Origin: a virus
Lineage: Duplodnaviria > Caudoviricetes
DNA length: 51,323 nucleotides
IMG/VR virus record: IMGVR_UViG_3300022542_000213
Span: 1 to 51,323 of that record
Direction: 5' to 3' (one strand)
A program made the position numbers and the translations under genes. Shown here piece after piece: positions 1 through 10,423 of this stretch. Every line of letters begins with the position of its first letter. The stretch's first letter is position 1. The notes beneath the pieces are model-generated. The model saw nothing but the letters and a program-made list of their open reading frames with translations, was not told the DNA's origin and did not search any database.

Positions 1-192
1 AATGGTACATCAATTATGACAACTAACAAACTAGACTTTGATACTACAGAAAAGACAACTACAACAGCTGCGACACCTCCAGATTTAACAGACACTACAA
101 TCGCAGTAGGAGATATTTTAACAATAGATATAGATTCAATTCATACAACAGCTGCTAAAGGATTAACAGTTTATATTGGTGTAAGAGAATAA
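1..192 (+). CDS. C-terminal fragment of tail fibre/structural protein, probably the continuation of the ORF starting at 50314
   Basis: Open frame from base 1 (NGTSIMTTNKLDFDTTEKTTTTAATPP...AVGDILTIDIDSIHTTAAKGLTVYIGVRE) to TAA 190-192; Thr-rich like the open ORF at the window end. Confidence 0.75.
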   Translation, partial: NGTSIMTTNKLDFDTTEKTTTTAATPPDLTDTTIAVGDILTIDIDSIHTTAAKGLTVYIGVRE

Positions 193-193
193 T

Positions 194-796
194 ATGGCTG
201 ATTTTTACACACAAGATTTTGAAGGATTATCAACTGGCGATTTAAATGGTCAGGATTCTTGGAGTGGTGATCCTTCTTACGATGTTTCAACTTCAAATCC
301 TCAAGAGGGTTCGCAAGGTATTATTCAATCTTCTGGTTCTTTTGTTGAAATTAGTAGAAGTCTAACAGCAGTCACAGGAAATAAAATACAAAGTTTTTGG
401 ATAAGAGGTGCTGATTTAAACGGTAGAGATACAAGAGTTAAATTTTTTACTGGAAGTTCAAGTCTTGTTTTCAGATTAGGTTCAGGTACTGGATTAAATG
501 CCATTATATTTAATGGAGCTAGTCAAGTAACTGTTAAGAGTGGAATAAATGATAACCAATGGTATCAGTGTGAGTTAGAGATAGATACTTCTCTAAATAG
601 TGGTAACGGACAAGGTAGAGCTAGAGTAGATGGCGGTTCTTGGACTTCTTGGCAAAATGGAGGTGCTAACTTCGGTGCAGGAATAAATGAAATTGCATTA
701 GTAGGAAATAATGCATTAGCTCAAAGTCAGTGGGATAATTTTGAAGATACTACTCCAATTGCAGCAACATTCATACCAACAATAACAATATTATAA
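194..796 (+). CDS. Virion-associated beta-sandwich (lectin/ConA-like) protein
   Basis: Gly/Ser/Asn/Trp-rich beta composition (DFEG...NGQDSW, DNQWY..E..ID), located among fibre genes. Confidence 0.5.
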   Translation: MADFYTQDFEGLSTGDLNGQDSWSGDPSYDVSTSNPQEGSQGIIQSSGSFVEISRSLTAVTGNKIQSFWIRGADLNGRDTRVKFFTGSSSLVFRLGSGTGLNAIIFNGASQVTVKSGINDNQWYQCELEIDTSLNSGNGQGRARVDGGSWTSWQNGGANFGAGINEIALVGNNALAQSQWDNFEDTTPIAATFIPTITIL

Positions 797-1083
797 TGAA
801 AAACAAAAAACAATCATGTGGTGCAGGTAAATCAGCACTATTCATACCAGACTTTATTTTTACAGCTCAATGCAGTAAGCACGATGAATACTATGCTAAA
901 GGAGGAGGTATTATAGAAAAGGTAAAGGCAGATACTTTCTTCTATGCTTATATGCTTGACGATATTAGTAAAGGAAATTATAGTTTCTTTAGAAGATTCT
1001 TTTATTTCGATATGGCAACAACCTATTTCATATGTGTAAGTACATTTGGATGCTTTGCTTTTAATTGGCACACAAAGAAATAA
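796..1083 (+). CDS. Small phospholipase A2-like protein
   Basis: CG...C-S-K-H-D-E-Y-Y-A-K-G-G...K-A-D-T-F-F matches the sPLA2-type CxxHDxxY...AD pattern; hydrophobic C-terminus. Confidence 0.55.
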   Translation: MKNKKQSCGAGKSALFIPDFIFTAQCSKHDEYYAKGGGIIEKVKADTFFYAYMLDDISKGNYSFFRRFFYFDMATTYFICVSTFGCFAFNWHTKK

Positions 1084-1107
1084 AAGGGAAATTTGAAACA
1101 AATTTAT

Positions 1108-1341
1108 ATGAAAGAAGAACCAACAAATGGAGAATTAAAAATAGCACTTGACAATATCATAGATAAGTTGAGTGATTTAGCTGTATCTAATGATGAAGGT
1201 CATAAAGGTATTATGGATAGACAAGATTTAACTAATGGTAATGTATTAAAGAATACAAAGTTTAGATGGGCTACATCTGCTATCATAGGATTTGTAACAA
1301 TAGTAGGTATAGGTAACGTAATAGCAATATTTATAATATAA
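1108..1341 (+). CDS. Holin-like small membrane protein
   Basis: ATG at 1108 preferred over TTG 1093; coiled N-terminus, TNGNV motif, single C-terminal TM helix. Confidence 0.5.
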   Translation: MKEEPTNGELKIALDNIIDKLSDLAVSNDEGHKGIMDRQDLTNGNVLKNTKFRWATSAIIGFVTIVGIGNVIAIFII

Positions 1342-1342
1342 T

Positions 1343-2119
1343 ATGGAACAAGAATTACAAAATCAAATAGATGAATTAAAACAGACTACTGAAGATTTGT
1401 CAAATCAATTAGAAATATCTAATCAAAGATTACAAGATATTGACCCTGTAAATCTTTTAAGTCTTAATTTAGATGTAGCTTCTCAAAGAACTATAACAAG
1501 TGTAATTGAAAAAAGTATTGATGATATTGTATGGAATAAATACTTTTATTATTCTACATTTATAGAATCAATAGCAAGATATTTCCAAGAAACAGGAGTA
1601 GGTGGAGCTATAGGTTTAAATGCAAATGGTCTAAGTTTAGCTGTTTCAAATACAACAGATGATTATGCCTCTGTATCATTAGATATCCTTGATTTAGTTG
1701 CTGATTCAGATATATTAAGATTTGATAAGGAAACAAAATTTAGAACACAATTAAAGATTGATGTTGTAGATGGTGCAGATTTGTCAATAGGTGGTGTTGG
1801 TACGTTACTACATAATATTCAATTTTTAATAGAAGATGGAACAATTAAAGCTTTCACATCTAATAATTCAAGTTCAACAACAGTAAATATTGGCTCAGTC
1901 GCAGATGATACTTATGTTAAATTAGAATATAGATATTATCCGAAGAGTCGTGCTGATTTTTATATAAATGATATACTTGTTAAATCAATATCAACTACAC
2001 TACCACTAACTACTGTTGGGACAGATAATGTATTTAATGCAAGTTTAGTCAAAAACTCAGGTACAGCAGGAGAGAAGGAAGCTTTTATAATGTTTTACGA
2101 TATAATACAAAGAAAATAA
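1343..2119 (+). CDS. Tail/virion protein (N-terminal coiled coil plus beta-sandwich)
   Basis: Heptad N-terminus, beta-rich C-terminus, structural operon context. Confidence 0.45.
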   Translation: MEQELQNQIDELKQTTEDLSNQLEISNQRLQDIDPVNLLSLNLDVASQRTITSVIEKSIDDIVWNKYFYYSTFIESIARYFQETGVGGAIGLNANGLSLAVSNTTDDYASVSLDILDLVADSDILRFDKETKFRTQLKIDVVDGADLSIGGVGTLLHNIQFLIEDGTIKAFTSNNSSSTTVNIGSVADDTYVKLEYRYYPKSRADFYINDILVKSISTTLPLTTVGTDNVFNASLVKNSGTAGEKEAFIMFYDIIQRK

Positions 2120-2120
2120 T

Positions 2121-3668
2121 ATGCAATTAATTATAGATTTATCAGGAAGAGAAGGATTAGCACCACGTTTTTTTGGAGATGTGGGTAGTTCTTCTAGTTC
2201 ACCAAACCTTAGATATTTAGGAGCAAAAGGTCAAGTGGCTGAGGGTGTTTATAATCCTCTAAGAAAATATGGTTACATGTGTGCTTCAGAAGCGACCTTT
2301 AGTGATGTAACTGTGGCTAGTGGAGCACCAGGAGAAACATTTACAACCTCTATTTATGATCCAGTAAATGATGATTTTTATGTTTCAGGTGGACAAAAGG
2401 TATATAAAGGAACAGATCTAACTGTAAGTGATGTAGCTTCTGTATTAGATCTTGGGTCAACTGGTACACCAACAATGTTAGACTTTGAAATTTATATGAT
2501 AAATGATGTTCAAAGACTATTCTATCTATACGAAAAAGGTGGAAATATGCTTTGTGGAGAAGCAGTATTGCCATTTGCTTCTGCTAATAGTGATTGGTTA
2601 GATACAGACGTTTCTGGAGCATTTACAAATGGTCTAACTAACGCATCAGCATTTATGAGAGTAGCTGATAATGGATTTATGTACATCTTCCAAGATAATA
2701 ATATACATGTAGTTGATGGTACAGGAGAAGGAGGAGCAACAGGAACTGTTACAGCTAATGTTATTCAATTCCCAATTACATTCTCAATAATTGATGCTAT
2801 TGATTATAAAGGATATATAATGGTTCTTATTAAACAAACAACTAAACTTACAGCTACAAAAGCTAATGTTAGTTATGGTGTATATGTATGGGATAGACAA
2901 TCAACTGTGGTTAATTCAAGAGACTATATACCTCTTACTGGAATTGATCGTGCACATAAAATATATGTAGCTCCAAATGGTAATGTAAGACTAATGGTAA
3001 CTAAACCAAATGAAATTACTGAAATTAGAGAATATACTGGAGCAACATTTAAACCAATACAAGAAGTAGGTATTAATGCACAACCAGAATCACTTGATGG
3101 TTTAACACAGATGGGAGAACTAACTGTGTGGTTATCAAATGATAAATACGTGCTTGCACATGGAAGTATTCTACCAGGAGAGAAAGAAGGTTTATTTAGA
3201 TTAGGAAAAATAGTAGATGCTTCTTCTATTACAGCAGGTGCAATTATATATGGTAATAATGGTTTATATTTATCTTATCTTGGTCAAGCTTTTGAATTTG
3301 TTCATTGGAATATCAATGGGACTACAACAGCAGCACAGGGTGATATATATACCTTAGTACAATATTTACCTCAAATGTCAACAGTAAAGAACGTAGAAAT
3401 ATATTGTTCTCCAATAACAAATACAGGAACAACAAAAGTAGCTGATATTAAAACCTACTTTAATCAATCTACAACAGCATTTAAGACACATAATGCAGAT
3501 AGAGACCAAGTATCAAGAGGATATGTAGATTTTGAGTTAAATAAACCGTTTGTTAACTCAATTCAGTTAGAGATAGAACACAGTACTAACGGAACTAATG
3601 AATTTTGTCCTTCATTTGCTGTAGTTGAATACGAACCAACCAAAACAAAAGGCTCAAAAGCTAGTTAA
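2121..3668 (+). CDS. Putative tail nozzle / DNA stabilisation protein (beta-propeller type)
   Basis: 515 aa, all-beta repeat character, position before adaptor and ejection genes. Confidence 0.5.
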   Translation: MQLIIDLSGREGLAPRFFGDVGSSSSSPNLRYLGAKGQVAEGVYNPLRKYGYMCASEATFSDVTVASGAPGETFTTSIYDPVNDDFYVSGGQKVYKGTDLTVSDVASVLDLGSTGTPTMLDFEIYMINDVQRLFYLYEKGGNMLCGEAVLPFASANSDWLDTDVSGAFTNGLTNASAFMRVADNGFMYIFQDNNIHVVDGTGEGGATGTVTANVIQFPITFSIIDAIDYKGYIMVLIKQTTKLTATKANVSYGVYVWDRQSTVVNSRDYIPLTGIDRAHKIYVAPNGNVRLMVTKPNEITEIREYTGATFKPIQEVGINAQPESLDGLTQMGELTVWLSNDKYVLAHGSILPGEKEGLFRLGKIVDASSITAGAIIYGNNGLYLSYLGQAFEFVHWNINGTTTAAQGDIYTLVQYLPQMSTVKNVEIYCSPITNTGTTKVADIKTYFNQSTTAFKTHNADRDQVSRGYVDFELNKPFVNSIQLEIEHSTNGTNEFCPSFAVVEYEPTKTKGSKAS

Positions 3669-3671
3669 TAC

Positions 3672-3700
3672 TTTACAAATAACAAAATAAATGCTATAAT
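3672..3700 (+). promoter_or_regulatory. Sigma70-type promoter with extended -10, near-leaderless
   Basis: TTTACA-17 nt-(TG.)TATAAT, ATG 8 nt downstream. Confidence 0.75.
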
Positions 3701-3708
3701 ACACAAAT

Positions 3709-4956
3709 ATGTCACTAACAACAGCTAATATTATCACACAAGTTGATACTTATATAGGAGATTCATCAACAGATAGAGTTTCCGCAGCCCAAAGATTACA
3801 ATCTATAACAGAGGCTTGTATTTGGGTTCAAGAAGAACTAGGTAATGACTTACAAAATTATACCGAAACTATATTATACTATGATACAGTAAATTACTAT
3901 AAAGTAACTACTGATATAGCTGATTTATTACAAGGAGCTGACTTAAGAAGAGAAAAAGACGACCAATATTTCTCATTTACACCAGTATCTGCAAGAGAAT
4001 TAGCTGAAATGGTAGGTCAAAAACAATCGGAATCTGCTTGGACAATAGAAAGAAGAGATACAGATGCTTATGTAGGTATTAATCATAATTCTAAACATAC
4101 AGCTAAGATAGTATCAGACTTTGATTCGACTACTTCTGGTGGTGGAACATGGGCTGTGGATGCAACCAATTCAGATGCTACTAACTTAACTGTAGATACA
4201 AATGAATTTAAACAAGGTACTGCATCACTTAATTTTGATATTGATGTATCTCAATCAGGTAATAATAGAGCTACTCTTGTAAATAGTACATTCACAACAT
4301 CTGATTTATCAGACTTTGAAGATTTAGCAGCTTGGTTGATGTGGGTTTATGTACCAGATGTAACTGAATTTACTTCAGTAACTATGTTCTGGGGTTCAGA
4401 TTCATCTAATTACTGGTCTGTAACAGCTACAACTGATATGGATGGAGCTTCATTTGCAGATGGTTGGAATAGAGTTAAAGTAGATTGGTCAGATGCTACT
4501 AAAACAAGCTCTCCTGACGTAGAGAATATTGATTACTTGAGAATAGACTTGAATTATGGAGCTGGACAAGGAGATGATACAGATTACAGAGTTGATTATT
4601 TAATATTAGCAAGACCAGAGAAACTAACTTACCATTATATTTCATGGAAGGTAGGGGTAGATAATTCTGGAGATGATATACTAAAGTTTGGTGCAACTAC
4701 AGATGTACCTTATTTCTCAGGTATGTATGACCAGTTACTATATCCAGTCGCACATAAAGCCGCTTCATTGTTGTTTAATCCAACATTAAGATTACCACAA
4801 GAAGCACAATTAGAGGAAGTAGAAGCATTAAAAGCATTAAGAAGAGTTAGAAGACTAATCCCTTCATCACGTGTTAAAGAAGTAAAGAGTTTCAAAGTTA
4901 AAGGAGTAAGCTTTGCTAGACGTAACAGAGGAAGAAGAGGTAATATAATAAGATAA
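3709..4956 (+). CDS. Putative head-tail adaptor (tail tubular A-like) with inserted beta domain
   Basis: Helical N-terminus (LTTANIITQVDTYIGD) and C-terminus (DVPYFSGMYDQLLYPVAHKAA) typical of adaptors; central Trp/Asp-rich beta insert. Confidence 0.5.
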   Translation: MSLTTANIITQVDTYIGDSSTDRVSAAQRLQSITEACIWVQEELGNDLQNYTETILYYDTVNYYKVTTDIADLLQGADLRREKDDQYFSFTPVSARELAEMVGQKQSESAWTIERRDTDAYVGINHNSKHTAKIVSDFDSTTSGGGTWAVDATNSDATNLTVDTNEFKQGTASLNFDIDVSQSGNNRATLVNSTFTTSDLSDFEDLAAWLMWVYVPDVTEFTSVTMFWGSDSSNYWSVTATTDMDGASFADGWNRVKVDWSDATKTSSPDVENIDYLRIDLNYGAGQGDDTDYRVDYLILARPEKLTYHYISWKVGVDNSGDDILKFGATTDVPYFSGMYDQLLYPVAHKAASLLFNPTLRLPQEAQLEEVEALKALRRVRRLIPSSRVKEVKSFKVKGVSFARRNRGRRGNIIR

Positions 4957-4957
4957 T

Positions 4958-6253
4958 ATGGCAGAATCAAAACCAATTTCAGATAAAGAAGTAAACGACT
5001 TGTTAAAACAAGGTTTCCAAGAAGGAGACACAGTACCTGGTAGAGGGAGACTTTCGCCTTCTGGTACTTTTATAACCGAAGACGCACCTACTAATATAGC
5101 AGAGACAGCAGGTCTTACAGGAGGAGGTAGTTCTAAAACTACAACTACTACTAAGACAGGTGGTACAGGCACAACAGATCCTTTCCTAGATCAATTACAA
5201 CAAAAGCTATTAGGACAAGCAGGAATTATATCATCAGGACAAACAGGTCTTGAAGCTAAAATTCAAGAAGCTATTAGTGGTGTATCAAAATCACAGGAAG
5301 CTAGTGCTGCAGGATTAGAAATTGGTGCAGAAAGAGCTATTAGTGGTGTAAGAGAAGCTGGTGCTCAAAAACTAACTTCTGCTAGAGAATCTCAAAGAGG
5401 ATTTGGTGTTAACCGTGCTGCTTTAAAACAGATAACAGATGAAACTCAAAAATCTGTACGTGATTTAGAAGGTAGAAAACAAGAACTCATCTTATCTGGT
5501 GAAGCTGCCGCTGCTTCTAAAATAGCAGAGTTACAATTTAGTGCTTTAGAATTCCAACAACAAGCGATGCAACAAACATTCTCTAATCTATTACAAGTAG
5601 GTGGATTTGCTATAGAGAAATCAAGAGAAAGTAGATTACAAGCAGCTCAAACAAGTCAAGAGAAACAACAAATTGCTTCAATTGCATTAGAGTTTGGATT
5701 ACCTGTAACAGAAGGAGAAACATTAGATACTATTGTAGCTAAGGCTTCACCTTTTGCAACAGAACAACAAAGACTAAAGATGCAGAAGACTCGAGCTGAA
5801 ATAGCTAGGATTCAAGCAGAAACTCAAAAGGCATTAGCTGGACAAGACTTTGCTTTCGATCAACCATTAGCATCATCAATTGCTAATACATTAAACAACT
5901 TGTTAACTTCAACTGATCCTTTTGCAGCTCAATCTATTGAAGCTATATTAGGAAACGTAGTAGATAAACATGGAGCATCTGCACTTGAACAGATAAAAAG
6001 AGAACAAGAATCATTAAGAAATGAACAATTCTCTTCAGATAATTTAAGGTCTGATATTTCAGAAGATATACAATCTGGTGCTTCTCGTAGAGATATAAGC
6101 GATTCAATTGAATCTAATCAACTTATGAACCCAGAACAAAGAGAAGAGGCAACTAATATTCTAAATGAATTGTCACCTAGACAACCATCATTATTAGATA
6201 GAGCATTTACAGATATTGGTGATACATTATTTGGTTCTCAACGTAATAGATAA
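4958..6253 (+). CDS. Putative DNA ejection / internal virion protein
   Basis: Ala/Gln-rich helical protein following tail genes. Confidence 0.5.
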   Translation: MAESKPISDKEVNDLLKQGFQEGDTVPGRGRLSPSGTFITEDAPTNIAETAGLTGGGSSKTTTTTKTGGTGTTDPFLDQLQQKLLGQAGIISSGQTGLEAKIQEAISGVSKSQEASAAGLEIGAERAISGVREAGAQKLTSARESQRGFGVNRAALKQITDETQKSVRDLEGRKQELILSGEAAAASKIAELQFSALEFQQQAMQQTFSNLLQVGGFAIEKSRESRLQAAQTSQEKQQIASIALEFGLPVTEGETLDTIVAKASPFATEQQRLKMQKTRAEIARIQAETQKALAGQDFAFDQPLASSIANTLNNLLTSTDPFAAQSIEAILGNVVDKHGASALEQIKREQESLRNEQFSSDNLRSDISEDIQSGASRRDISDSIESNQLMNPEQREEATNILNELSPRQPSLLDRAFTDIGDTLFGSQRNR

Positions 6254-6255
6254 AT

Positions 6256-9200
6256 ATGGGATTAATAAATCAAACAACAGTTAAACCTAGTGGTAGTTCA
6301 GGAGGTTTCGGTGGGTTTGCTGGTAATAAAAGTAGCTTTACTGGTCTTGGGAGTAGAAATAAACTATCTCCTGATGACCTATTACAAAGAGCTTTACAAG
6401 AAGGAGGAAACTTAGGTCAAGTAGCTCAAGAATTAGTACATCCAGAAACTTCAATACTGTCAACTATAGGAGATGGTTTTAAGAAATCATTTAAGAACTT
6501 TGTTGAAGTTATTTCAGTACCAGGACAAGTAGTAGCTGGTACTATTTCTGGTGATGTTACAATTAAGGAAGCTATACAACAAAATATAGATCCTTCTGAT
6601 GTTATATGGGGAGATAGAAATCCTGACGCTACACTATCACAAAAGGTAGGTGGTTTTTTAGTTCGTACTGCAACAGATATTCTATTAGATCCATTGACAT
6701 ATATAACATTTGGTGGTGCTAAAGGAATCTTAGGATTATCATCAGCCCCAAGAGTTACATTAAGAGGAAAAGCTGCTAAAGAAATAGGATTAGATGATTT
6801 TGCAGCAAGAGAACTAAGTGGTAAAGGACTTGATGTGTTTAAATATGTAAAGAATCTAGAACATCAAGCTGATGGTACAGCTAAAATACTTGATCTAACG
6901 AGTAAATCACTTGATACTACACTTGCTACTAAGAATCTTAAACAATTAAAGGAGAGTGCTAAAGCATTTAATGCTACTAAAACAAGTTCACATGAGTTAA
7001 TAGGTGCAGAACTTAAACAATTACTTGATACTACAGTAGATGCTAAGTTAGGATTTGATTATTCTAAGAGAGCTATGTCTAACCTGTTAGCTAAGAATCC
7101 AGGATTAGTTGAAGAACTAATTGATAAAGGAGGTTTTAAGTTTATGGGTAAGTCTTTATTGTCAGGACAAAAAATGAGATCAGTAATGTCTGTAATTCCT
7201 GGTATGACTCATGTAGATAGACTAACACAGCCAGTAAGAGGAGCTTTAGGTGCTATGTTTGACCCAGCAGTAGTTAAAGTTAATAAACAATTTGTTAGAT
7301 TACCAGAAGAGTTTGTTAATATAAGACAAGCAGGACAAGATTTAGCTACATCATTAGGTGATGAAAGACTAATTAAATTAGCTGATGTAGTCCGAGCTAA
7401 TAAACTGAATGTGAATGAATCACGTTTCTTAACTGCATCTATTGAAGCAGGTAAGTTACCAGTAGATAGTAGACTTGCTAATGCTTATAAACAATTACTT
7501 GGTTTCAATGAAGAAGAGTTTGACTTAATGAAAAGTAGTGGTGTAATGATTAGTAGAAGAGATAATCACGTACCCCATATGCTTGTTAAGAATGATATTG
7601 TAAAGATACCATTCGCAACACCACCTAAAGCTGTAGCAGGTGCTTCTTTCCAAAGGAAGTTAGAAGGAGAAATCTTCCAAATTTCAGATGAAGGATTAGA
7701 AGCATTAGAGACTACACTTACAGGTGGAGATAAAAAACTTATTGAAGAGACTTTTAATGATTTAAAAACAAAAGGTTACGAAATATTTGATGATAATGTA
7801 GTTACTGCTTTAGCTAAACGTTCATTAGATAACACAAGAGTATCTGTGTCAAGACAATTCATAACAAGTGTTGCAGAAGCATTTGGTACATCAGCTGGAA
7901 CAGCTTCTAAAGGGTTTGTCAAGATCAATAGTAAAGCCTTTAAGGAAGAAGGTGGTAAGGTAGCTCGTATGCTAGGAACAGATGGAGAAGATATTGTATA
8001 TCACCCAGCTGTAGCTAAAGCTATAGAGGACTTTGTTGGTGCTGTTAATAGTGATGACTCTACTGCAGTTGTATTGAAAGCATTTGATAATATACAAAAC
8101 CTATGGAAAGCTTCAGTAACAACTATATTCCCTGCCTTCCATGGTAGAAATGGAGTATCCAATGTATTCCTGAACTTTAATGATATAGGATTACATTCAT
8201 TAGACCCAAGACTTCATGCTCAATCTGGTTCACTATTACTAGCTGATAGAAAAGCTAATAGTTTAACACGAAAATCAATGAAACCTGGTAAAGCTGGAGA
8301 ACAAGCTATGGAAGAACTTCAAGAGCTTATGGAGAAGAAAGTATTTACAGACAATACAGGACACTCATGGTCATTTGGAGAACTAAGAACAGTAGCTAAG
8401 AATAATAATGTAGCCTTTTCAAGACAACTAACAGGTGCTTTAGATATTTCACAATCACCAGAGACTTTTATTACTACATTATTTAGAAGTGAAGAACCTA
8501 TATTAAAGAAAGTAGTTAGAAAAGGAGTACCAGTAACACAAGAGTTTGCTCCATTTGCCATTGGACGTGGTATTGGTAGAGCAGTAGAAGAACAAGCAAG
8601 ACTGATTAACTTTCTTGCGAACTTAAATGCTACTGGAGATGTGATGCATGCCGCCCAAAGAACCAAACAATTCCTGTTTGATTATCAAAACTTGACAGGA
8701 TTTGAAAGAAATGTTATGAAGAGGATGATTCCTTTCTATACTTTCACCCGTAAGAACTTAGAACTACAAGTTAAAACACTGTTTAAAACACCAGGACGTA
8801 TATCAGCACAGTTTACAGCACTACAGAACGTAGGAGATGCTATGGCTGGTGGTCAGCTTACTGAAGAACAGAGAGAAGCATTGCCAGATTGGATAAAAGA
8901 TGGTATAGCTATTCTTAAATCTAATAAAGATGGTACAGTAGAGATATTAGGTTCATTAGGTACACCTATAGAACAACCATTCCAACAATTCCAACCTAAT
9001 ATTATGCTAGGGTCTGTATCTCCTTTGATTAGAGCACCTGTAGAACATATGTCTGGTTATTCATTCTTCCATGGTAAAGCCATGAGTGATATTACTAATG
9101 CCTCAGCTTTCAAGAATGCCCCTAAAGTTATTAAAGACTTTATAGGGTTTACAGAAGTTAAGTTTGATAAGGATGGAGAAGAACAAACATGGAATGTAGC

Positions 9201-9458
9201 TCTTCGTCCCGAGAGAATGAATTTAATACAGAATTTCCCATTCACATCAAGAGTTTTATCTTCATTAAAACAAATGCAAAATGAAAACATCTCAGGTCAA
9301 TCTAAAATATTACAACAGCTAGTCGGCGTTCGACCGTTACCTTTGATATTGAAGCAGAACAGGCTAAGAGAGAGAAAGAGTTAAGAAAGAAACTAGAAAA
9401 GACAATGGGAGATGCTGGTTTAGGTTTTACTTTAGATAGATTTATATTAAATAAATAA
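6256..9458 (+). CDS. Large ejection / internal virion protein; C-terminus apparently frameshifted near 9337
   Basis: 1042-aa ORF to 9384 with FDYQNLTGFERNVMKRMIPFYTFTRKNL segment; the -1 frame continues TFDIEAEQAKREKELRKKLEK...LNK to TAA 9456-9458. Confidence 0.6.
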
Positions 9459-9477
9459 GCCATTCTAATAACAAAAC

Positions 9478-9516
9478 AACCGTAGGAGGTACTTTGATAC
9501 CACTACGGTTATTTTT
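9478..9516. terminator. Hairpin terminator between the convergent genome arms
   Basis: AACCGTAG..GGTA-loop-TACC.CTACGGTT flanked by A-rich and T-rich runs. Confidence 0.65.
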
Positions 9517-9572
9517 ATGCCTTACAAACGATTCTGTGAAAATCATAGTCTATTATATGGCTCTGTTGAGCC
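9488..9572 (+). repeat. Composite palindromic site, copy A
   Basis: GGTA-N6-TACC, TTACA-N2-CGATTCTGTGAAAA-N12-ATAT-GGCT-N6-AGCC; second copy at 30570-30653. Confidence 0.7.
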
Positions 9573-9586
9573 ACTTAGATTTAGGC

Positions 9587-9778
9587 TTAAATAGTATAGA
9601 GAAACGATAATAACTCTTTTCTACTAGAACCTTTATAATCGTCCCAATCTACTAACTTTAAGTTCTTCTCTATAACATCTGGATGTAATCTCATTCCTTT
9701 GATAGCTCTTACATAACATATAAGACTAGATAAGTTTGGATTATCCTTTTGTATTTGTTGGAATTTTCTTTGTAACAT
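9587..9778 (-). CDS. Hypothetical protein
   Basis: 63-aa ORF in the tightly packed minus-strand operon. Confidence 0.6.
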   Translation of the reverse strand: MLQRKFQQIQKDNPNLSSLICYVRAIKGMRLHPDVIEKNLKLVDWDDYKGSSRKELLSFLYTI

Positions 9779-9783
9779 ATTGT

Positions 9784-9981
9784 TTAATCGTTTAATTTCT
9801 CTAATATATCTTCAATTGCTTCATTGAATCCACGTTGTCTCATACAACAATAATCGTCATGGTATTCTGATTCAGGACAGCATATTGGTTTCTTTAAAGA
9901 TTTGATAAAGAATTTCATTCCTACCATAAAATGAGTATCTAATTTTATAGGAATACCATCTGGTGTTGGTTCTATTTTCAT
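9784..9981 (-). CDS. Hypothetical protein
   Basis: 65-aa ORF with C-terminal GFNEAIEDI motif common in small phage proteins. Confidence 0.6.
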   Translation of the reverse strand: MKIEPTPDGIPIKLDTHFMVGMKFFIKSLKKPICCPESEYHDDYCCMRQRGFNEAIEDILEKLND

Positions 9982-9982
9982 A

Positions 9983-10255
9983 TTATCTTATATATCCCAC
10001 GATATCCTCCTCTCTAACCATAAAGAAGTCCATACCATCTAAATTAAACTTAGTAGTAGAATACTTATTAAAGAGAACCTTATCTCCTACATATACTTTT
10101 ACATTTCCTACAGAGATAACTTCCCCTATTTCTGGCTTATCTTCATAAGAATCTGGATTAATAATTCCATCTACCTCCTCCACTTTAATGCCCTTAATAA
10201 GGACATTATCATGTAAGAGAGTATACTTTGTAATATCTTGATATTTATTCACCAT
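9983..10255 (-). CDS. groES: Co-chaperonin GroES
   Basis: LLHDNVLI...GII.P...KPEIGEVISVG...VGDKVLFNKYS...MVREEDIVG; ATG at 10255. Confidence 0.9.
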   Translation of the reverse strand: MVNKYQDITKYTLLHDNVLIKGIKVEEVDGIINPDSYEDKPEIGEVISVGNVKVYVGDKVLFNKYSTTKFNLDGMDFFMVREEDIVGYIR

Positions 10256-10412
10256 AACTTTCAATTTTATCTTTTAATATAGCTATTGCCATTGTGATTT
10301 CTTTCAATTCACCAACAGATAAATCTTCTCTTTTTAATTCTATTTGAATTTTAAATAGCATTAGCTCGATTAGATTATTTATTTGTTCTTTTTTTGTTAA
10401 TTTTGGTGGCAT
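10245..10412 (-). CDS. Hypothetical 55-aa helical protein (not in ORF track)
   Basis: MPPKLTKKEQINNLIELMLFKIQ...KIESYGE* fills the gap between phosphoesterase and groES. Confidence 0.55.
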   Translation of the reverse strand: MPPKLTKKEQINNLIELMLFKIQIELKREDLSVGELKEITMAIAILKDKIESYGE

Positions 10413-10423
10413 AATTTTATTTA

